A DNA stretch of 64,000 bases from a virus, in IMG/VR virus record IMGVR_UViG_3300032249_000373, positions 24,261 to 88,260 of that record, one strand, 5' to 3'. The notes below the pieces were generated by a model. The model was not told the DNA's origin. It made no database searches and worked only from the letters and a program-made list of their open reading frames with translations. The position numbers and the translations under genes are program-made. Below are positions 18,801-29,000 of the stretch, in pieces; the first letter of the stretch is position 1; the number at the start of each line of letters is the position of its first letter.

Positions 18801-21800
18801 TGGGCATCCAGTAAATGCTGCACAAGCAAGAGAACTTCTTGATAATCTAAAAATGACTCCATTTGAAAACCTTCCAAATGATAAAAAGGCTCTTCAAACT
18901 GTACTTGAATATAGATTAAATCGCCAACCTTCATATTACGATGACTTTAGATTTATAGACAATGCAATGATGAAGGTTAATCCAGTAAAGTTGGCTGGTG
19001 GAGTTGTTTCTCTTGGAATGCCAATTCCATTTAAAAAGGTACAAGCACAACGTGCAATGGCAGAAAAAATAGATGCACAAATTAAGGAAAGTAGATTTAA
19101 GAATCTTCCTGTTACAGACACTGGAAGAAAAATACAAAAACTTGGTGGATTTAGCGTTGGTTCAATTTCAAGAGCGGTCAATGGAGTTTATCAATTACCA
19201 AATGGTAGAACTGTAGTTTACAAGGCTGTAGAAAGTGAAGAGGCTGCTTTAGCAGAAATGCGAATGTCTACCTTAATGAGAAAGGGTAGCGAACTTGATA
19301 CTCCATCAAATCAATCAATTAAGGTTATTGCAGATCCAACAGACTTAAGTAAACAAAGAAAAGTCCTTGTTATTGAATCAGACTATAACCCAAGATTTGC
19401 TAATCCAACTGGAGAGTTTACACCAAAACAATTTATTAAACAAACCCTAGCCTCTGGTATTCGTGGAGATAAGGATCTTAAGACAGACAATGTTAGTGGT
19501 AACGATGTAGTAGATATGAGTAATGCTGGAGTATTCCCGACTGCATCAAATAGAGTTAAATATGCAGATGAGATGAAGTCAGTAGAAGAGCAACTTTTAA
19601 TAAACTTTGGAGCAGTAAAGGGTGGAGCATCAAAAGACTTTTCAAGATCTGTTCAAGGAATTGCTGCAGAAATGGGTTTTACAAAATTTAAAAACGCAAT
19701 GCTTAAAGAAATTGAAGAATCTATTCCTAGATATAAAGCAACAATTGATACATTTAAGTTAAACCCAAGAGAAAGAGAACTTTACGATGCTGTAGTTGCT
19801 CGTTTAGAAGATGCTAAAAAAGCAGACTGGAAGAAGATTTACAATGCTGCTGTTGGTGATATTCCAGCATATGCAAATGGAATTGTTTCAGTCCCTGGCC
19901 CAAAGGGTGCTGGAGATATTCAGCCTGCAATGCTTTCACCAGGTGAAGCGGTAATTCCTGCAAAACAATCTGAAAAGTATATGCCACTTATTCGTTCAAT
20001 GATTGCAGATAATGTTCCTGGGTATGAAGCATCAAATGTTGAATGGGATGGTAGCCCAAGATCACTAAGACCAGGTGGAAAATATGCAGGACCAACTCCT
20101 ACACCAGGTATGGATTCTTGGGGAGATCCAATTAAAGAACCTACACCAACAAAGACAAGATTAAAAAATGCAATTACTTCAGTTGTAAGAGACAAAGATA
20201 TTAATGCAGTTAAAAACTTTGCAGCAGAAGCAACAAAGGCTGGTAAAGAAACCAAAATTGCAGGAAAAGCAATGGAAGGTGTAAGAAAGGCTGGCTCTCG
20301 TGTTACAGCATCCTTTACTGGTACTGAAAAAGCAGTAGATGGAACAACGGATGCACTTGGAAAAGATAAGACTCGTGGATTCCGTGGATTTTTATCAGGG
20401 TACGGAAACGTATCTCAAACAGTTACAAATGAAGATGGAACTACAAGAGCAGCAACCGCTGCAGAGCGCACCAATGCACGTCAAATGAACAGAATGAACT
20501 TTACACAAAAGATGATGCCTATGCAGATGGCTGGAATGATGATTCCAATGGCTGCAGGTATGGTTGCTCAAAAAAATCCAGATGGTGCTATAGCAAAGAA
20601 CATGGATGCAATTATGATGTTGTCTATGTTAACCATGCTTTTGCCAATGCTTAATAGTCCACTTAAATTACTTGCAGCAACTGCAGTTGGTCTTACTATT
20701 GTGTTTAAGATGCAGTCAGCAGCAATTAAAAAGAATATGATTGAAGGACAAAAGCAAGCAGAAGCAATGAGCATGACAACCAAAAATCTTGAAGAACTTG
20801 GCAAGATCACTGGAAGAGTTTCTATAACTCAAACTGCTGCAGCAAAAAGAGCAGGAAGAAACACTGATATTTCTCCAGTAAGCATGGACTTTGGATCTAA
20901 TATTATATCTAGTAGCGAATTTGGCAAAAACCTTAAAAAGACATTTAATAGCGCAATAGTAGACCTAGGAGAAGGAGCAGCAGTTAACTCACTAGTTAAT
21001 CAACTAGGAACTGCAGTATCTCAAGGAGTTTTAAATTCAGAGCAAGCACAATCAATTGCGATTGCACTTACAAGAGATTTAAAAGATGCAAGACTTGAGG
21101 TTAATGTAAGAGGAAGATTAATTCAACTTCTTGGTCCTAATGGAAAAAATGTTTTAGATAATCCACTACAAGTACAACTTGAATTAGTTACCACTGGAGA
21201 AAAGGTAGCACAGGCTGCAATTGAAAACCTTAATAAAGTTGCAAGACAACAAAAGGGTATTAATACTATAGGAGAAGGTTTACAACTAGCAGGAGGAACA
21301 GTTGGCGGTGCTTTAATTGGAGCAAGAGCAGGAAGCCAAGCAGCAAGTATGGTTGCTGGAAGAGGATTAATTGCACAAGAAATGGCAATGACTGGCGCTA
21401 AGGGTGCAGGAGTTCTAGGCAGAGTAGCATCAGGAGTAAGAGTAGCACGAACTGCAGGACTTGTTGCTAGTGGAGCAGCAACGGCAACAGGAGTTGGAGC
21501 ACCTTTTGGAGCAGTTGGTGCAGCAATTACAGCAGTTATTACTGGCGGTATTGATCTAGCAATTAGAAACTGGCAAAAGGGTAAAGAAAAAGCAGTAATA
21601 GCAAAAGCAGCAGGTGTAGTTCAAGGACTTGTTTCACAAAATATAACTGCTTCACAAGGAAGTATAGACGCATTAACCTCAATCTTTGATACATCAATTG
21701 CAAATCTTGAGTTAAAGAAAAAGACTTTAAAGACAGACAAAGAACGAGCAGCAGTTGATTTAGAAATTGCTGGACTAGAATCTAAAAAGCAGTCTGGTCT

Positions 21801-24800
21801 ACAAACATTAAGACAAAAACAAGCAAAGATGCTTGAAGATGTTTCTTCAAACTATGATCAAGTTTCAGGTGCAGACTTTCTTGAAAAAATTAGTCCATTT
21901 GGTTCTGGCCGTGGACAAGTTCGTGATAAATATATGGAAGCATTTGCAGTTGGAATGCAAGATAAGTTTAAAGATAATGCACCACTTAAAGCACAGGCTG
22001 CAGCGCTTCAGTCACAACTTGACCAAATTGGTGATGATAAGGTAACACTTGAGATTTCAACCTTAGTTACTTCAGATGTTTTAACTCCTGGCGAGGCATC
22101 TGTATTAGTTAGCACTTTAACCAAGACTGGCGGAGACATAAAGAAAAATCTAAATGCACTTGTGTCAGTTCAAGGAACAGAAGGCGTTCAAAGATTATCT
22201 ACAATTCTAACAATGCTTCCCAATGAAGATAATCAAAAGACCCTTGTTCTTGCTGTTAGAAACCTAAATAAAGCAGATGCAGATGCAACATTTAGTTCAA
22301 TAGAAGAACTTGGAAAAATTCCAGATTATATTGGAATTAAGTTAGAAATTGAAACAGAAAAAAATGATCTGCCAAGAATTAAAGCACGAGGAAAAGAAAT
22401 TGAAGCACTTAAAAAGCAATTCCCTAATGGACAAGTTACACTTAAGACTCTTGTTAAGATGCAAGAAGAAGCAGGTGGAGTTGGTAAAAACCTTACTCTA
22501 GATTCTGCAATCAAGCAGTGGAGCGAGATAAGCAAACTTGATAAGAATGTTCAACTTCAAGCAATTTTAACTATTGGTTCTATTGAATATAGCGATAGTT
22601 TTGATAAAATATTAGATAGAGAATTAGAGGCTGACTTCTTAGAAAGAAACCCTAAATTCCGTGCAACTGCTGGAAGAAGCAGAACTGGTGAAAGATTAGC
22701 AACTACAAAGGTAGATCCAAAGGAAAAAGCAAAAGCCCTTGCAGAATTTAAAAAGAATGCAACAAATATAGAAAAAGCAAAAACAGAAGCACTAAATAAA
22801 ATAAGAGAAGAACTTTTCCCAACAGCCCCTGTTAGTGGAGCAGTTGTTCCTGGCGCTACAACTCCAAAGGGTGATGGCCCAACAAGAGATGATTCATTCC
22901 TAAACGATCTTGCTCAAAGACTTAAGTTAGTTAAAGAGGGTGGATTCAATGCTCTTAAGCCATTAGAATCTTTAAGAAAATTCCTTAAGGATGGCGGTAA
23001 GGATTCAATAAACCCAGGCCTTGATGCACAGGCTGGAGCAATTAAACAAATAGAATCAGCAGCAAAGACTGCTGGAATTTCTATTGATAAAGACTTCATG
23101 GAAATTATTAGAGGCTTAGATGCAGAACAGTTTAAGTTGTGGTCAGAAACATTATTTGACATTGGCAAGAATGGAAGAATAACAGCGCTAAAGGATGACT
23201 TTGTAACCATTAATGAAGGATTCCGCAAAGCAACAATTGGTGGATATATTCAAGATGTAAAGGATGCAAGTAAAGAAATTGAAAACCAAGTTACAGCGCA
23301 TCAACTTTTAACAAAAGAAGGATATAACTCACTTGAAATTCAAAAGATATTACAGAACGCAACTCTAACTGCAAAGATTGCTGCACAAGGAGGACTAAAA
23401 GCCACTAAGGAAGAACAAGCAGAGTTAAACAAAGAAATAGAAAAGACTATTAATCTTAATTATCAACTAAGTATGACTAAACTTGGTGATAATATTTCAG
23501 AGACAAAGATGCAGGTTGAGGCATTTAAGAGGCTTACTGCTGCTGGGGTAAAGCATGAAGTTATTCTTGAAATATTAAAGGATAAGAATAATGCTTTTGC
23601 AATTGCTTCAGCCGATGCAACTGTAAATACTAAAGATAAGTTTGGTGATTTAATAAATAAGACTAAGGAGTATTCTGATCTTCTTGAGTTAATTGCAAAA
23701 CAAACAAAAACTTTTGAACAAAAAACACAAGATGCTATTGATGCAAACATTGGTGCACTTGACCTACAGGCTAAGACATTACAGAATCAGTTTGATTTAG
23801 CAAACTTTGAATTAAAGGCAAAGATAGTTGTTGCAGAAGATGCTGTTCAAAAGGTAAATGATGATATTCAAAAACAGCAAGATAAGATTGATAAGATTAA
23901 TTTTGAACTTAAGTACGACTCAAAGATTGGTCAAAATCTTCTTGATGACATCCAGGAAAATATTAACGATGCCCAAAGAAAAATGGAGATTGATTTTGAT
24001 AGACCACTTCAGGCATTGTCTGATAGATCAGCGGTATTGTCAAATGACCTAACTTTAATTGATAAGGCTACAGAAGCAATCAATGAGAAATATGATGCTC
24101 AAGAAAAGGCATTACAGACAATATCTGAACTTAATCAAGAAATTGCTGCACAAGAGCAAAAGAGAATTTCTCTTGCTGACGCATTGTCTCAGGGTGACAT
24201 CTCTGCAGCAGCACAACTAGCAAATGAAATGAGATCTACTGCAGCAGATGCAGCAAATCGTAGATCTGGAGAATTTCTTGCAGCAGCAAGAAAGGCTGAA
24301 ACAGAGGCCCTTGTATCTTCAAGTGGTATGACAAAGGCACAAATTGAAGCAGAACAGTTTAGAATTAGCCAGCAGTCTTATGCTCTTGAACAACAAAGAA
24401 AAACTATTCAATCACAGATTCTTTCATTAGAGGATCAAGTTTATAATATAACAGAATTAAGAGAAGTAAAACTTTTAGCAATTAGAGATGTTGAAACTGT
24501 AATTGATGGAATTAAGGCAAATCAATTATTTAATGCACAACAAGTATTAGATAGATTACAGAATGAACTTGATGCTAATCAAAAAATACTTGATGCAAAA
24601 CTTCTTGCAATTGATAAAGAAAAACTAGGATGGGAATCTATACAGATTCAACTTGATGCTTATAAACTTAAGTTAGAAGAAATTAATAATGGCCCACTTA
24701 AGACTATGAAAGATATTGTTAATTCAATCACTGCAGCACTTTCACAAATTAATAATGCTAAGTATTCACCAACAAGTCCATTTGTCCCACCTGCTGCAAG

Positions 24801-25446
24801 TACTGCAACACCTGCACAGGTTACAGCAGCAACTGATGCAGCAAACGCAGCAGCAGATGCATCTGACGCAGCAAACAAAAAGGCAGAAGAAGAATTAAAT
24901 GCACAACTTGCAGCACAAGCAAAGGCTGATGCCGAAGCAGCAGCAACAAGTGCAGCACTAAAGAAAGCAATAGAAGATGCAAAGAAAGCAATTGCAGATG
25001 CAGCAAAGGCAGGAGAGCCAGCATCCAAGGCCTACATGGCTCAACAAAAAGCAGAGCAAGAGAGACTTTTAGCAATTGAAAAGCAAAAAGCACAATATGC
25101 AGCAATGGCAGCAGGATATGCATCAAGAGGTCGGCAGGCAGGCTATGCAAGTGGTGGAATGGTCAAGCCTAAGTATTTTGCGGTAGGTGGAAAAGCAAGA
25201 GGAACCGATATTATTCCAGCAATGCTTACCCCTGGCGAATTCGTAATGAGTAAATATGCAGTTGACTCATATGGTGTTGATAAAATGAAGGCTATTAATT
25301 CTGGCTCATACGAAGGCGAGAAGGTGTATAATTATAATCTAAACGTCAATGTTAAATCTGATGCAAATCCAGAGGATATTGCAAGAGTTGTTATGACACA
25401 AATTAGACAAGTTGACTCACAGAGAATTAGGACACAGAGGGGCTAA
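15898..25446 (+). CDS. Tape measure protein, multidomain (3182 aa)
   Basis: TP901-type TMP core (LNAVENQTVVALEDLTEAIPKVAPV, GANALKSGLASLINP), Ala-rich helical/coiled-coil stretches, hydrophobic Gly/Ala segments, C-terminal GTDIIPAMLTPGEFV motif; canonical position. Confidence 0.92.
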   Translation: MAGDTNSNIFINIDTSQAMAQLRLLEKELTALNRSLIVGTKAAAAAQAKYAQSLLHNVNATGQWTASMTRMSTASEQFATNLDRQRLSLKEYFRYGAASTKTFGKMFGREFDTIEKLVDKRVKTLQQQYVQLGRDAQGAMNSMKFTPKSLNMQNLTTQLMMATQRQQIMNKLIDDGSTKLLNFGKNTQWAGRQLMVGFTIPLMLFGAQAIKVFKEIETQTIRFKKVYGDIFTDQGATDAALKNIRALGDEYTKYGLKVSDTIKMAADAAAAGFSGKGLEQLVEQTNKLAVLGGVTQEKALETTIALKNAFQIDTSAMAGTIDFLNAVENQTVVALEDLTEAIPKVAPVIQQLGGDVKDLAYFMAAMQEGGISAAQGANALKSGLASLINPSNAASKAAAAVGINIKGIVEANQGNLRNTVTGFAQALQPLTDLERSRVIEKVFGKYQFARISALLNNLGREGTQAARVLQLTNASVEELAILSQRELKTQADSPMNKLAASIEKLKVSIAPIGELFAKVFTPVIEFIGRMADKFNNLPEGIKKAIGIITVVVGGLGPIFLMTFGLLANAVANSVKGIQVLRKGYQQLAAGSTDAALKTQYLSQEELENISISNALYSKHQQLSSAYALEASALASLTSVYSKANASMGAFAASNPGMFMPRGGLLLPKKFAGGTTSVPGPKGAGDVIPAMLSPGESVIPVKQTQKYSGFINQIIQDKVPGFFAGRVGALPSSPNIVRGSSARGPIGPMAPVIPIGARPISPSLPGIRYSQEGDKVRVFAGDTSFLIPLKDISTFKVKLEENEAWMKSPIHGSGNKNVRKDNTEQALIKAITRPLSGGKKPSLREQSEIIKPGDIYTRLPKAGAQRKSNQNQDIADKRFRALVKSKNPHLAKLQNYLQNEEKVYLERVLGPDVVQSLKGFDAKKLTPSHIREVRSQNRTPEDWAPSKIARDWAWFNSALRGTKFGKVKGGHPVNAAQARELLDNLKMTPFENLPNDKKALQTVLEYRLNRQPSYYDDFRFIDNAMMKVNPVKLAGGVVSLGMPIPFKKVQAQRAMAEKIDAQIKESRFKNLPVTDTGRKIQKLGGFSVGSISRAVNGVYQLPNGRTVVYKAVESEEAALAEMRMSTLMRKGSELDTPSNQSIKVIADPTDLSKQRKVLVIESDYNPRFANPTGEFTPKQFIKQTLASGIRGDKDLKTDNVSGNDVVDMSNAGVFPTASNRVKYADEMKSVEEQLLINFGAVKGGASKDFSRSVQGIAAEMGFTKFKNAMLKEIEESIPRYKATIDTFKLNPRERELYDAVVARLEDAKKADWKKIYNAAVGDIPAYANGIVSVPGPKGAGDIQPAMLSPGEAVIPAKQSEKYMPLIRSMIADNVPGYEASNVEWDGSPRSLRPGGKYAGPTPTPGMDSWGDPIKEPTPTKTRLKNAITSVVRDKDINAVKNFAAEATKAGKETKIAGKAMEGVRKAGSRVTASFTGTEKAVDGTTDALGKDKTRGFRGFLSGYGNVSQTVTNEDGTTRAATAAERTNARQMNRMNFTQKMMPMQMAGMMIPMAAGMVAQKNPDGAIAKNMDAIMMLSMLTMLLPMLNSPLKLLAATAVGLTIVFKMQSAAIKKNMIEGQKQAEAMSMTTKNLEELGKITGRVSITQTAAAKRAGRNTDISPVSMDFGSNIISSSEFGKNLKKTFNSAIVDLGEGAAVNSLVNQLGTAVSQGVLNSEQAQSIAIALTRDLKDARLEVNVRGRLIQLLGPNGKNVLDNPLQVQLELVTTGEKVAQAAIENLNKVARQQKGINTIGEGLQLAGGTVGGALIGARAGSQAASMVAGRGLIAQEMAMTGAKGAGVLGRVASGVRVARTAGLVASGAATATGVGAPFGAVGAAITAVITGGIDLAIRNWQKGKEKAVIAKAAGVVQGLVSQNITASQGSIDALTSIFDTSIANLELKKKTLKTDKERAAVDLEIAGLESKKQSGLQTLRQKQAKMLEDVSSNYDQVSGADFLEKISPFGSGRGQVRDKYMEAFAVGMQDKFKDNAPLKAQAAALQSQLDQIGDDKVTLEISTLVTSDVLTPGEASVLVSTLTKTGGDIKKNLNALVSVQGTEGVQRLSTILTMLPNEDNQKTLVLAVRNLNKADADATFSSIEELGKIPDYIGIKLEIETEKNDLPRIKARGKEIEALKKQFPNGQVTLKTLVKMQEEAGGVGKNLTLDSAIKQWSEISKLDKNVQLQAILTIGSIEYSDSFDKILDRELEADFLERNPKFRATAGRSRTGERLATTKVDPKEKAKALAEFKKNATNIEKAKTEALNKIREELFPTAPVSGAVVPGATTPKGDGPTRDDSFLNDLAQRLKLVKEGGFNALKPLESLRKFLKDGGKDSINPGLDAQAGAIKQIESAAKTAGISIDKDFMEIIRGLDAEQFKLWSETLFDIGKNGRITALKDDFVTINEGFRKATIGGYIQDVKDASKEIENQVTAHQLLTKEGYNSLEIQKILQNATLTAKIAAQGGLKATKEEQAELNKEIEKTINLNYQLSMTKLGDNISETKMQVEAFKRLTAAGVKHEVILEILKDKNNAFAIASADATVNTKDKFGDLINKTKEYSDLLELIAKQTKTFEQKTQDAIDANIGALDLQAKTLQNQFDLANFELKAKIVVAEDAVQKVNDDIQKQQDKIDKINFELKYDSKIGQNLLDDIQENINDAQRKMEIDFDRPLQALSDRSAVLSNDLTLIDKATEAINEKYDAQEKALQTISELNQEIAAQEQKRISLADALSQGDISAAAQLANEMRSTAADAANRRSGEFLAAARKAETEALVSSSGMTKAQIEAEQFRISQQSYALEQQRKTIQSQILSLEDQVYNITELREVKLLAIRDVETVIDGIKANQLFNAQQVLDRLQNELDANQKILDAKLLAIDKEKLGWESIQIQLDAYKLKLEEINNGPLKTMKDIVNSITAALSQINNAKYSPTSPFVPPAASTATPAQVTAATDAANAAADASDAANKKAEEELNAQLAAQAKADAEAAATSAALKKAIEDAKKAIADAAKAGEPASKAYMAQQKAEQERLLAIEKQKAQYAAMAAGYASRGRQAGYASGGMVKPKYFAVGGKARGTDIIPAMLTPGEFVMSKYAVDSYGVDKMKAINSGSYEGEKVYNYNLNVNVKSDANPEDIARVVMTQIRQVDSQRIRTQRG

Positions 25447-26082
25447 ATGGCTACAGCAGCGTATTTGACAGGTAGACGTAGGTATCAGCGCCCACAAGCC
25501 CTACTGTGGTCTGAGAACCCTGGCACACTCGTTAATGGGGTATACCTACCAGACGGCTATGAAGTACAAGGTAACTTTGCAGGGTCTACAGATCCAGATC
25601 TAGTTAATCAATTTCTCATTCTTTCAGACCATAATCGTGGGGAACTAAATTTTACACCAATAAGAATAGAGCAAAGACAAAGAACTATCAATGGACGTAT
25701 GCGTTCATACCACATAGCAGACAAACTAACAATGTCTGTTTCCTGGAGTAACTTGCCATCAAGGTCATATTTTCAAGATGCAGGGTTTTTGTCTACTGGC
25801 TTATCTCCTGACAAAAATACAACTGGAGAGTTTACCTCAGATGGTGGAGCAGGTGGAGTAGAACTGCTTGATTGGTATGAAAACCACACAGGACCTTTTT
25901 GGATGTTTCTAGCATATGACAAGTACTCAAACTTTGGTAACGATGACGCAGCCTATGGCCATCTTGCACAATATAATCAAATAATGCAGGTTTATATAAC
26001 AGACTTTAATTACTCTGTTGTAAAGCGTGGTGGGTCAAACCACGATCTCTGGAATATTTCGGTATCGCTGGAAGAGGTCTAA
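25447..26082 (+). CDS. Putative distal tail (Dit-like) protein
   Basis: First gene after TMP; RIEQRQRTINGRMRSYHIADKLTMSVSW. Confidence 0.55.
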   Translation: MATAAYLTGRRRYQRPQALLWSENPGTLVNGVYLPDGYEVQGNFAGSTDPDLVNQFLILSDHNRGELNFTPIRIEQRQRTINGRMRSYHIADKLTMSVSWSNLPSRSYFQDAGFLSTGLSPDKNTTGEFTSDGGAGGVELLDWYENHTGPFWMFLAYDKYSNFGNDDAAYGHLAQYNQIMQVYITDFNYSVVKRGGSNHDLWNISVSLEEV

Positions 26083-29000
26083 ATGTTTGTTAGTGAGACA
26101 TTAAAGACACATTTAGAAACATCTTCAACAGTACACTTACAGTCATTAGTTTTGGCTGAGTGGAATATGAATATGCCAGATAATATATTTAAACTTGGAA
26201 ACTACAGATATAGACCAACTGGATCAGATGTTCAATACCGAACACTTCCTTTAACATTTGATAGCCTAGATGAAGGAAATTACTATACAGGTGCAACAGA
26301 TGCCGATGTTGTTGTAGATGGAGGGTTTGATAACTCTGGAGTCCCACAACTTTTTACATCAACTAAAGAAAAAATGAAAATGATATATTCTTTAGAAGAC
26401 TGTGTAAAACCTTTTAGGCCAAGATCTGGAATTAACAAGGCATCATATTTTGGCAATAAATATTTTGCAAACTCTGGTGTATCTCTTGCAGAAAGACCAA
26501 GATACTACATGGCCTCAAGATATGACCAGTTTAAATATTGGTCATCATTTAGAACAGAGAATAATACTGAAAGAGGAATTGCAAAGAATGTATCTAATGG
26601 ATTAAATTATATTGATGATGCTGTTCCTTTTGTAGTTTATAAGGAAAAGGTTCCAGCAAACAGACTTGTAGTAAAAATGCAAACAAATGTTGGAACTGCA
26701 GACCTTGGAAATTTTATAAAAGATGGAAAAGTTTTTTCAGATCCGCTATACGGTACAACAAATAAAACAACTCCAATTAGATGGAAGATTCAATACCTGA
26801 ATGAAGACAATTGGGTTGATGCTTATTCTTTTGACGAAAATTCTGTTCGTGATGGCGGATCTCCAATTATTCCAGAAGATGGTTATGTTGAATTAGAATA
26901 CGGATTAAAAATTCCAGATGCATATAAGGATTCATATACCTTTATTGAAAAAATAGCATCTATAACACTATTGCCAGAGCAGTCGTTAAATGGAGATGGC
27001 TATCTCGTTGTTGAAAATACCAATGATCGTGGAACCTTGTATATTTGGAATGGTCTGGATGAAGAGTACGACTCTTTTGTTCCTGAGTATGGATGGATGC
27101 TTGGAACTGGAGTTTTAAACCGTTCATCAAAACTTATTACAGACCTAACAAGCCCAGATCTATTTACTAATGATGCACAAAACCAGACTACATATAGAGA
27201 ATTTGCATATCTTCGTGGCATAAGAGTTGTTGCAGAAACAATGAACAAATTTGATTCAACCTTTGATTTAATTGAGATGTCTCCTAGACTAATTGTAAAT
27301 ATATCAGACAAGGTTGTTGATTTTAATATTAAGAAGATTTTATCTGACATAGGAACTACATCTCTTCCAGTTGGACAGTTGCTTGCGTCTACTGGAACCC
27401 TATCTCTTTTTGACGACGATCAAGCATTTAATGAAAACAACACATCTAGTGTTGTTGCTAAATATATTAGAAAAAATATAAAGTTTCTTTTTTATGAATC
27501 AATCTTAGATGTTGCAGGAGATGAGTATTCAGTTCCAATTAAAACCTTATACTCAGAAGGATTTCCTCAAGCAGATGTAACTGCAGCAAAGTTGTCAATA
27601 GAGTTAAGGGACTTTTATTTCTTTTTAGAATCAATGCCTGCTCCTAGACTCCTTACAACACAGACATCATTAAGTTATGCAATATCAATGCTTCTTGATT
27701 ACGTTGGATTTAGCAACTATACATTTAAACGTGTAGCAGATGAGTCAGATCCCATAATTCCATATTTTTTTGTTGCTCCAGATCAAAATGTTGCAGAAGT
27801 TTTAAATCAATTAGCGGTATCAACTCAAAGTGCAATGTTCTTTGATGAATACAACAACTTTGTTGTAATGAGTAAAGATTATTTAATGCCAACGGCAACT
27901 CAGAGAGAAATAGATTTTGTTTTATCTGGATCAAATAATCAAACTGACTCTGGCGTTGTAGAAAATTCTACTTCTGGAAATCTTCCTAATATTATTGCTA
28001 TCGCATCACAAGATAAAAAGATTTATAATGATGGAAAAATTAACTACACAACTAGATATATTCAAAGATCTTACGGATCAATACGCCAATCAACAATGAT
28101 TGATAAAGAAAAAACTTGGATATATAAGCCATCTCTTTTATGGGAAGTTGCAGGAACAGAAAATACAAAAACAATAAACGAACTTGCTTCAAGGCAGGGG
28201 AGTTATGTATTAGGGGCAATGCCATTAAACTCAGACCTAGTTGGAACGGCACCAGTTGTAGCAGGAAATGTTCTTACAAATAATATAATTGATCTTGGAG
28301 AAAATGTTTATTGGCTAACAAGATATAACGGATACCTATACTCTAATGGAGAGGTAATTAGATATGATGCTTCAGAGTTTGATATCACTGGAATTGGCAA
28401 GGTTTGGATTAGCAGCAATCAAGAATATCAAAAGTATTTTTCATCAATACCGTTTAACGGTAAGATATATCCTACGGGACTTGTAAGAATTTATGCAACA
28501 CCAAACTATGAAACAGTAGATGGAATAACAAGACTACAGAACGGTGCTGTTGTTGACCATGGACGTGGACAGTTTGGAACTCAGATAGTTTCACATTCTG
28601 CTGGAATAAATAATTATTGGACAAATAACGATAATGTTCGTGGATTAAACATGAAGTCTCAGTATCTATTTAGTACAAAGTTAGATACTGATCTTGCCTC
28701 TACACTTCCTGCAACTACTGTTGCAGCAGCAGGAGTAAGCAATGCAGTTGCAAAACAATCAACAAGAAACAGCATTATAAAGAATTTTATGGCTACAAGT
28801 TATTTAAGTGAAACAGAAGTAAATAATTTACCATCAACCCAAACAGGAACAATTCAGTCATCAGCATTGGTTTTTAATGGTCCATCATTTAAGACAACAG
28901 AAACTCCACTAAACTTTGTATCTTATGTATACAAAAATTTAGATAATGCCTATAGGCATTTTGGAACAAGGCTAAGAATTATTGGCAAAATTGAAAACAA

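Noticed and set aside
24660-25150. Minus-strand ORFs opposite the TMP C-terminal Ala-rich region
   Set aside because: Antisense shadows; no independent signals.
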